A DNA stretch of 18,283 nucleotides, taken from an uncultured Bacteriovoracaceae bacterium. Its GTDB lineage: Bacteria; Bdellovibrionota; Bacteriovoracia; Bacteriovoracales; Bacteriovoracaceae. The position numbers were made by a program, and so were the translations under genes. The notes beneath the pieces are model-generated. The model had not been told where the DNA came from, did no database searches, and saw only the letters and a program-made list of their open reading frames with translations. Position 1 is the first letter of the stretch. Each line of letters opens with the position of its first letter. Location: assembly GCA_964012805.1 (NCBI GenBank), contig CAXGUD010000062.1, forward strand, positions 1 through 18,283, read 5' to 3'. This document shows, one piece after another, positions 8,652 through 15,325 of the stretch.

Positions 8652-8679
8652 ATAAGAGTTTTGGGTTGGGAGTTTTATT

Positions 8680-9738
8680 TTGAAAATAGCAATAAGTTGT
8701 GACCATGTAATTGAACGTAACCAGGCACTTGCTATCGTGGAGATGGTAGGGTCTATCTATGAGGATGCGGAAATTTTTACTATCGTCCACAAGCCTGGCA
8801 GTGTACTTGGTCCGATTGAGCAGCGAAAAATTAGATCGACCTACCTTTCTCATAAAGTTACGGATAAGGATCATTTTTACCGTTGTGGCTTTCTTGTTCC
8901 TTCAGCCGCAAAAAACCTTCATATTCCATGTAACTTTGATCTTGTTGTCAATATTTCCTCAGGTTTATCTCAGGGGATTCAAACTTGTGAGGGGACTAAG
9001 GTTTTAACCTATTTTCTTCCTTTCGAGTCTGATGAAAGAAAGAAAAAGAAATGGTGGGAACGTCTTTTTTCAACCTATTTGAAAGAGTGGTCAAGAAAGA
9101 CTCTTAATAAGAGTGATTTAATATGGGTTCCAGATAACTCCACGAAAGAGTGGGTAGAAGAAGTTGTTTCTGAGTCTATAGAAGTTAAAGTCGTTTACCC
9201 TTTTTTCAATATTGAAGACTTTCCACTTATCCCTTCAAGTCATTGGAAACATGACTTTTTTGCTGTGGAAGCACAGGGAATGGATTGCAAATTGGCAGAA
9301 GAAGTTTTCGATTTGGCAGCTGATTTGGGAGTGAAAGCTGTTTTTGTTGGAGAGGATGAGCACTTAAGCCCCTTAAAAAAATTAAAAGGAGAAAAATCCT
9401 TTTTTGGTTCGAGGTGCACAGGAGAGCTCGCACCTTTCCTCGCAGCTTCTAGAGGGTTTATCTCATTCAAAGAAAAAGGTTTTCCAGATTTGGCCTTAAA
9501 GGCACTGTCTGTGGGAAGGCCTATCATTGTTAGGGATACAATGGTCCACAAAGAGTATTTTGAAGGCCAGGGTGTCTCTTTTCTTCCTCATCTAGCAAAA
9601 GATAAAATTAGGGAGGCATTTACAAATGTCGGAAAAACTCACAAAGATTTAGATGCTAAAAAAGTCAGGGCCCAGGTTATGAAATTTTCGCCCCAGAAGT
9701 TCAAAGGTCAGCTTTTAAGAACTATTAAGGAATTTTAG
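8680..9738 (+). CDS. GT-B fold, GT4 (WbaZ-like) glycosyltransferase homolog with a degenerate active site
   Basis: Family-like segments MKIAISCD, AEIFTIVH, FDLVVNISS, VVYP and ALSVGRPIIV. TTG start with SD GGGAG, 28 bp after uxs. The GGxE and E-X7-E motifs are missing. Confidence 0.75.
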   Translation: MKIAISCDHVIERNQALAIVEMVGSIYEDAEIFTIVHKPGSVLGPIEQRKIRSTYLSHKVTDKDHFYRCGFLVPSAAKNLHIPCNFDLVVNISSGLSQGIQTCEGTKVLTYFLPFESDERKKKKWWERLFSTYLKEWSRKTLNKSDLIWVPDNSTKEWVEEVVSESIEVKVVYPFFNIEDFPLIPSSHWKHDFFAVEAQGMDCKLAEEVFDLAADLGVKAVFVGEDEHLSPLKKLKGEKSFFGSRCTGELAPFLAASRGFISFKEKGFPDLALKALSVGRPIIVRDTMVHKEYFEGQGVSFLPHLAKDKIREAFTNVGKTHKDLDAKKVRAQVMKFSPQKFKGQLLRTIKEF

Positions 9739-9741
9739 GCT

Positions 9742-10908
9742 TTAACCACCAGATTTTTCTAATTTTAATTCCTCATTTAATTGTCGGAGATTTGTGTCTA
9801 AGATCTTCATTTTATTTTCGTAATAGTCTTTTTGGTTTTCCATTGCAAGTTTATTACTTCTTTCAAGATTGAGTCTTTCAGCGTTCATTCTATTTACTTT
9901 TGATTTCATATCCCTTTGGTAAGTTTGATTAAGGGTCTCAATTTTATCTTGAAATCTTTTTTCAAGTTCTTTAAGTTTAGTATCATTTTTTTTATTTATT
10001 TTATACATTTCCACTTGGTAGTGGTCTTTTAAGCTTTGTATTTCATTATTCTGGTTTCTATCTTTATCTATGAGAAGCTTTTTCATGGCCAATCGTTCCT
10101 TTTGCATTTCATTTTCATTTGTGATGATTGAATTAGAAAGCTCATCATTAAATTTTGTCTTTAGGTCTTTAATTTTTTTCTGAAAATCAGTTTGAAGTTG
10201 AGTATTTTCCTTATCTTTTTGTGACAGTCTTTTTTCGTAAGCTTCAGTTTTTATATTATCTTCTAGAGTATGCTTTTCTCTCATTGTTTGAAGAGAGCTT
10301 TTAATCTTTTCATCAGTTTGATAGATTAAGTCTTTTTTTGTATCCATAAAATGGTCATGAAGATCTCTTACCTTTCTATAATTATCATCTTTTATGATGT
10401 CTAAGCTTTTGTTATATACTCTATCTTTAGTTTTTAAAGCTGTTTCTAACTGGTCAGCTTTTGCTATATAAGGATGGCCTGATACTATATCATCATAAGC
10501 AGCCTTGGCATTTTTAAGACCCCTTTCATATTTGACCTTCATTTGTTGACGTTCTTGAAGGTTTTTTTTTGTTTCTCTATCAAGGTTTTCAATTGATTGA
10601 TATTCTTGCTTCTTAAGAAGATCAGTAAATTGGTCTCTTTGCTGATCTATCTTTTTTTGGAAGGTGTTTGTTATTTCACTGACTTCACTTTGATGGTTTT
10701 TCTTATCAACAATTCTTTTTCCCTCATGCTCAGTTGTAATTCTTGATTTCTCTTTTTCATAATTGCTTCTAATATTTTTTACTTTTTGTTCGTAATTATT
10801 TTTTGCTCTGGCGAGGGCAAGGTTGTAGCGTGTTGGGTTCATCACAGTCACGATCATTCCCCTAGTGGAAAGACTTTTAATATCATAATGCGTTGATTTA
10901 TTATACAC
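9742..10908 (-). CDS. Hypothetical all-helical coiled-coil protein (K/E/Q-rich)
   Basis: 388-aa ORF with heptad-like pattern throughout. The true start is more likely GTG at 10851 or ATG at 10857, near the AGGGGA SD-like sequence. Confidence 0.8.
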   Translation of the reverse strand: MYNKSTHYDIKSLSTRGMIVTVMNPTRYNLALARAKNNYEQKVKNIRSNYEKEKSRITTEHEGKRIVDKKNHQSEVSEITNTFQKKIDQQRDQFTDLLKKQEYQSIENLDRETKKNLQERQQMKVKYERGLKNAKAAYDDIVSGHPYIAKADQLETALKTKDRVYNKSLDIIKDDNYRKVRDLHDHFMDTKKDLIYQTDEKIKSSLQTMREKHTLEDNIKTEAYEKRLSQKDKENTQLQTDFQKKIKDLKTKFNDELSNSIITNENEMQKERLAMKKLLIDKDRNQNNEIQSLKDHYQVEMYKINKKNDTKLKELEKRFQDKIETLNQTYQRDMKSKVNRMNAERLNLERSNKLAMENQKDYYENKMKILDTNLRQLNEELKLEKSGG

Positions 10909-10940
10909 TAAGTCATAAATGGGGTGAGGGGTCTAAGTTT

Positions 10941-10958
10941 TCCTAGAGATCTCTAGGA
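10941..10958. repeat. Perfect 18-bp palindrome TCCTAGAGATCTCTAGGA
   Basis: Identical to its own reverse complement. Overlaps the stop codon of the methyltransferase gene. Confidence 0.9.
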
Positions 10959-11606
10959 GTTTGTAAAAATCTTGACCTTTTTATTGTGGTTGGAGTTTTC
11001 TAATTTGATTATTTCCTTAAGTCTGAGGGATTCAAAAAGATAATCCCGAAGAGGGTTTATGTAAATGTAATAGTCTCTAGATCCTTTTGGGGGATAATCA
11101 GAACAATTTTGAAGGACCTCTTTTAGAATGACTCCATCAAATGGGTTATAAAAGAAAAAAACATTGTTCTTTGTTTTTGGGAAAAAATTTAAAGCATCCT
11201 CATTAATTATCTCAATCGGCGATAAGGAAATGTGAGGGAAGTTCTTTTGGAGCGATAATTTATTCTCTTCAGCCGTTTCGCAGAGATCTTTAGCAAATTC
11301 AATACCAATAACTTTTTTGAAACCAAGCATAGATGCCATAAGAAGGCATCTTCCTTTTCCTGAACCAAAATCAATAAAGTTAAATTTGTTCCAAGGCAGG
11401 TTGAGCTGGTTCATAATTTTAAAAAAGAGCCTATAGTGAGTTGCTTGATAGTGACGGGCATGGATAATACTTTCACTTTCAACTTCCATATTAATAAGTT
11501 GAACGGAAGAATTTGTTTTTAGTGAAAATTGGTGGTCGTATTTAAGGTTTAGAAGATTATCATAAATCTTTGACAGTACATTTTTTGCTTTAGTAAATGA
11601 ATTCAT
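10953..11606 (-). CDS. Class I SAM-dependent methyltransferase, substrate unknown
   Basis: Motif I FIDFGSGKGR, post-I VIGIEF, motif II INEDAL, motif IV FFYNPF, and an upstream YQAT. Confidence 0.88.
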   Translation of the reverse strand: MNSFTKAKNVLSKIYDNLLNLKYDHQFSLKTNSSVQLINMEVESESIIHARHYQATHYRLFFKIMNQLNLPWNKFNFIDFGSGKGRCLLMASMLGFKKVIGIEFAKDLCETAEENKLSLQKNFPHISLSPIEIINEDALNFFPKTKNNVFFFYNPFDGVILKEVLQNCSDYPPKGSRDYYIYINPLRDYLFESLRLKEIIKLENSNHNKKVKIFTNS

Positions 11607-11625
11607 TAAAAAATAGTTTCATCTT

Positions 11626-11943
11626 TTAAATGGTTCCGTCAAAAATTTGGACTTGTTTGGCAATAATATTTGATTTTAAGTTTCTTTTCCCACTCTTTTC
11701 CTCAAGCATATAATCCATTTTTCCAGAGACCAAAACTTTGACACCTTTTTTTAGAAGTTTCTTTAAGTTTTTTATTTGATCTTTTTCTTTAAATTCTACC
11801 TTGTGGAAATATTTTTTTTCAAGCCAGACTTTATTCCCTTTCCTTTTTTTTGAAAAAGTTTCTTTAATAAAAAGTTCTAAATGGCTTCTTTTATTTTTAA
11901 AACTTTCAACGACACCAATAAGTGTTACTTTCGCGTTATTCAT
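11626..11943 (-). CDS. Divergent SSB/PriB-like OB-fold single-stranded nucleic-acid-binding protein lacking the acidic tail (105 aa)
   Basis: SSB-like pattern: NAKVTLIG...KVWLEKKYFHKVEF...LKKGVKVLVSGKM...SGKRNLKSNIIAKQVQIF. Start re-called at ATG 11943 because AGGAG/AAGGT lies upstream; the ORF track uses TTG 12027. Confidence 0.7.
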   Translation of the reverse strand: MNNAKVTLIGVVESFKNKRSHLELFIKETFSKKRKGNKVWLEKKYFHKVEFKEKDQIKNLKKLLKKGVKVLVSGKMDYMLEEKSGKRNLKSNIIAKQVQIFDGTI

Positions 11944-12145
11944 AGTACCTTTAACTCCTTTTAGTTTCTCACTTCTTCTCCCATATTTCTGGATATTAGC
12001 TGTCAAGAAAACGTAATTTAAGGTCAAGAACTTGTTAAATAAAAACTCCTGAAAAACTTCTTTTTTTATTTTTTTTAAGATTCCTTTACCTTTTTTGCTT
12101 CAAAGAGATAAAATAGAAGCAATTGAACATAGGAGAGAGGCAACA

Positions 12146-12538
12146 ATGGCCGTCACCTTCAATGATATAAAAAAAAAGAAAGCGCCACTGAAAGAGTGTT
12201 TGGATTCAACAGAGGATCTAGATATTTTTAAAAAGGAAAAGACTCTAAGGCCTTGGGAAACTTTTGAAGAAAAAAAAGGCTTTCAAGAAAAAGATCTTTT
12301 AGATGAGATTAATGAACGTTTAGATTTTGAAAAACAAACTTCAAGAAAAAAAAGGCTAGTAAAAAAGGATTTTGTAAAAGTTCCACCTTTGACCCATGAG
12401 GAAAAAGAAGAAAAAAAACGTAAGGCCGAAGAGAAGCTACTTGTTTTGGAAGAAAATAAAAAGCCAGGAATTTCACCAGAGCTTGAGAAAAGACTAAAAA
12501 AAGCAAAAAACCGCTATTTTGACTCGATTTTACAATAA
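12146..12538 (+). CDS. Hypothetical highly charged small protein (130 aa) with an LRPWE motif
   Basis: Start re-called at ATG 12146 behind a strong SD (AGGAGAGAGG). K/E-rich codon usage is typical of this window. Confidence 0.7.
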   Translation: MAVTFNDIKKKKAPLKECLDSTEDLDIFKKEKTLRPWETFEEKKGFQEKDLLDEINERLDFEKQTSRKKRLVKKDFVKVPPLTHEEKEEKKRKAEEKLLVLEENKKPGISPELEKRLKKAKNRYFDSILQ

Positions 12539-12547
12539 TGAAAGACC

Positions 12548-13033
12548 TCAATCTCTTGAGGGTCTTACCCCGCCTAATTGAATTGTAAAAAATTGATGAG
12601 TACCTGAATTAGATGGACATTTAATTATGGCCTTCATTTTTTCAATAGCTTCTTTTTGGATGGACTTAATTTTGTTTATCCCATCTTCACTCAGAGACTC
12701 TGAAAGAGCATAAAACGATTGAGGGTCTGTGTTTTGACACTCTGGAGTGTCTTTAACAAGATAGCTTTCAAAAGACTCATGAAGGTATTTTTTTGTTAAC
12801 GGTGGAGAAACGTTGATTATAAGTTCAATATCTTTTTTCTTGGTTAGAACACTCATTAAGTTGAGAACTGTTTTGGGATTAGGGTTTCCTTTAAGAGAAA
12901 GTGAAAGAATTCTTCGAAGAGTCGTAGCTCCAACTTGCGCCCTTTTGGACAATCCATTGATACTCATATTGGGATATTTATCGAAGTAATCCTCCATGTA
13001 ACCTTTTATTTCTCGAGTTAGATCAGTTGCCAT
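12548..13033 (-). CDS. XRE-type HTH DNA-binding protein, TIGR02147/DUF4423-like, unusually short
   Basis: HTH segment MSINGLSKRAQVGATTLRRIL...NPNPKTVLNL. The C-terminus FYALSESLSEDGINKIKSIQKEAIEKM...FFTIQL resembles the end of DUF4423. SD GGGAGG. Confidence 0.72.
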   Translation of the reverse strand: MATDLTREIKGYMEDYFDKYPNMSINGLSKRAQVGATTLRRILSLSLKGNPNPKTVLNLMSVLTKKKDIELIINVSPPLTKKYLHESFESYLVKDTPECQNTDPQSFYALSESLSEDGINKIKSIQKEAIEKMKAIIKCPSNSGTHQFFTIQLGGVRPSRD

Positions 13034-13148
13034 TTGGACCTCCCAGGCTGATTAACCTATTGGTTGAACATAGTCTTGGGAAGACTTTAATGGAAGTTAG
13101 ATGCCTGGAAAAAGGGTCTTTTAAGGGCCAAATGTTAATTAATTTTAT

Positions 13149-13180
13149 AAAAAAACCCCTTAAAATGGGCTTTTAAGGGG
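13149..13180 (-). terminator. Rho-independent terminator downstream of the DUF4360 gene
   Basis: On the minus strand: 10-bp stem CCCCTTAAAA/TTTTAAGGGG, 5-nt loop, then T7. Lies about 36 bp after the stop codon. Confidence 0.8.
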
Positions 13181-13216
13181 GTAGATAGTGCACTCTGACA
13201 CTTGGAAGAGCTCTTT

Positions 13217-14104
13217 TTACCTTAAGCGCCTACAGATTTGACGCCTTGGGTTCCAACGAAATCCGGGAGGACAGTGAGGTGCAGGCTTTTCAAAGCTTGG
13301 TCTCTCTGGCCTTCTTGGCCTAGGCCTTGGTCTTGGTCTCGGGCGTGGTCTGGGGCGTGGTCTAGGTCTTACACTTCCACAAGGTCTTGTTTTTAGTTTT
13401 ACATTTAGTTTTCCTAGAAGGTCAGATGAATCTAAAGAGACGAGCGCTGAGGCTTGGTCTGGATTCATTCCCTTTTTCATTTTTGCCATAAGAACATTTC
13501 TAAGAACAAATCTTACTTTTCGATCTGTTCTTTTTGAGCATTTAGTCCTAACCTGAACAGGAATACTTCTTGAAATAGTCCAATCTTTGTCAGTGTTATT
13601 CCTCCAAGTTTTTCGAACGACCTCTTTTTTTATTTCTCTTTTGTCGCCTCGTGGCCCCTTTAGCTGGAGGAAAATGGTTTTAAATAAAGCCGCTGTTCCT
13701 GGTGTCGTTGATGTCATTCCTCTAAAGTCGACTGAAATATCAAGGGACTCAACAATTTCACCAGGTTTGATTGAAGCGTTAATGATAATTTTACAGACCT
13801 TATGGTCTAGTCTGACATCATCTCTTCGTCCTCTCCTAGGGTTTTCACCTGTGACTTCATCATTATCATTATCATTATCGTATTGGGGTACTTCTGCCAT
13901 GAATTGATCAAAAAGAATACTCATAGCTTTTTGGTCAGGCGTTTTTATAACTGAGGTCGTACCTTCAGGGCAACCTCTTCCACGGGCCGTTATTTCTCCA
14001 AATTGGAAAGAAGCATTTGCGTCTTGGACAAGCGTAGAAAAGCCTAAAAGACCAAAGCAGAGAAAGGATGTTATCAACTTAGTTTTTGCTTTTATATTTT
14101 TCAT
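13217..14104 (-). CDS. Secreted DUF4360-domain protein with a C-terminal (Arg-Pro)9 tract and a Cys-bridged hairpin
   Basis: Signal peptide ending in ANA. DUF4360-like motifs GRGCPEGT...D...ILFDQF.A, KVC and VDFRG. SD GGAGG. Confidence 0.8.
   Translation of the reverse strand: MKNIKAKTKLITSFLCFGLLGFSTLVQDANASFQFGEITARGRGCPEGTTSVIKTPDQKAMSILFDQFMAEVPQYDNDNDNDEVTGENPRRGRRDDVRLDHKVCKIIINASIKPGEIVESLDISVDFRGMTSTTPGTAALFKTIFLQLKGPRGDKREIKKEVVRKTWRNNTDKDWTISRSIPVQVRTKCSKRTDRKVRFVLRNVLMAKMKKGMNPDQASALVSLDSSDLLGKLNVKLKTRPCGSVRPRPRPRPRPRPRPRPRPRRPERPSFEKPAPHCPPGFRWNPRRQICRRLR
13316..13369 (-). repeat. (Arg-Pro)9 coding repeat with mixed codons
   Basis: aga cct aga cca cgc ccc aga cca cgc ccg aga cca aga cca agg cct agg cca. 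Confidence 0.92.
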
Positions 14105-14316
14105 ATCGTCATTCCTCCGATCAGAGGTGAGTTCAGAGTAAGTTATCTAAATCTAACCTCCTTACTTTGGTAGCAAAAGGTTGGGAAAAAGGCGAGTTAA
14201 AAAAGGATGATTTCGTTTTAAGTGCGCCACGTGGAGTTAAAATTTAGGCCATTTCAATGTTTACGAAAAAGAATCCCCCTTACAGATAATACTTTTTTCT
14301 CTTTATAATAGTTGGG

Positions 14317-15198
14317 ATGAAAAAAATTTATATAGTGGGCTCTGTCTTTATTATTGTTGTTTTAGTGGGTACTTTCTTCCTGATAGGAACAAATGGCGAT
14401 CCTACTAAAAAAATTGATGACTCTTCTAATGCAAGTAGTGCTGAAAAAAAACTAGATGTAAAAAAGAACAAAAATTTGGCCCAAAAGAACATTGATTCAG
14501 TCAAAAAGAGTTCTGATTTAAAGATTAGTTCAAATACTAAAAAAAAGACCAAGGTTTTTTTCAAGAAGCCCAAAAGTAAATTTAAAGTTAAAAAAAGTTT
14601 ATTTCCAAAAGGAAGGATAAAAAACTTTCCATGGAGGAAGGGCCGCCCTGTTTTGGCAAAAAACTTAAAGCCATCAAAGGGAAAAATGCCTGCTAAATAT
14701 AACTTTCAAAATGAGGTTAATCCCAAGTGGGAATCCTTGTTTAGAGATGGTCTTTCACAAGAACTTAATGGACAAAAAATAAATACGGACAAAAAAAACA
14801 GTATTATTATAGCTAACGGAAATAAAGCCATTTTTGCTGAAGAGGTTGGAGTCACGATAGGTAAAGACAAAAACGAAGTTCGGATGATTGTGAATTCAGA
14901 AAATGGAAATGTCATTCACAGGTATTCAGAAAATGAAGACCCCTCAACCACAGGACCGGATTCGAATTCTGGCTCAGGTGAGATTAGAGGGCCAAGTTCG
15001 GGTGGAGGGTCTAGCTCTAGTGATAATGATGAGCCTGACTCATCTAATTTGTGGAGTAACTACTCTGGTTTCCACTATGCTAAAGATGGTGATCTAAAAT
15101 CTTTGGAAGGAAAAAAAGAGGATGAGCAGTCTTTGTCTCCAAGGGTAGAGATGACTGCAGAAGAGAAAGAAGCCTACCAAAAAAGTCTGGAAAACTGA
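14317..15198 (+). CDS. Hypothetical N-terminally membrane-anchored or exported protein: Lys-rich linker, small PepSY-like beta domain, Ser/Gly/acidic tail
   Basis: 293-aa ORF beginning MKK plus a hydrophobic helix. The segment EEVGVTIG...RMIVNSENGNVIHRY resembles the end of PepSY domains (tentative). Confidence 0.75.
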   Translation: MKKIYIVGSVFIIVVLVGTFFLIGTNGDPTKKIDDSSNASSAEKKLDVKKNKNLAQKNIDSVKKSSDLKISSNTKKKTKVFFKKPKSKFKVKKSLFPKGRIKNFPWRKGRPVLAKNLKPSKGKMPAKYNFQNEVNPKWESLFRDGLSQELNGQKINTDKKNSIIIANGNKAIFAEEVGVTIGKDKNEVRMIVNSENGNVIHRYSENEDPSTTGPDSNSGSGEIRGPSSGGGSSSSDNDEPDSSNLWSNYSGFHYAKDGDLKSLEGKKEDEQSLSPRVEMTAEEKEAYQKSLEN

Positions 15199-15325
15199 TA
15201 GTCTTATAGTTTTGGTCTAGTATTTATCCTTACATTTATTAGAAAAATTGAATCTTGGTATATGGCCTGATTAATGAAAACCCGAGAAGGATAACAGATC
15301 AAAAGATAACTTTTTGGAGATTTTG

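Noticed and set aside
12013..12040. dif-like site ending TGTTAAAT
   Set aside because: Only a partial XerD-arm match and no XerC arm.
9742..13033. Prophage or mobile element suggested by SSB-like, HTH and methyltransferase genes
   Set aside because: No integrase, transposase, structural genes or att repeats; orientations are mixed and no compositional shift is obvious.
13859..13879. (ATCATT)3.5 hexamer repeat encoding DNDNDND in the DUF4360 gene
   Set aside because: Short in-frame loop repeat with no frameshift potential or other evident significance.
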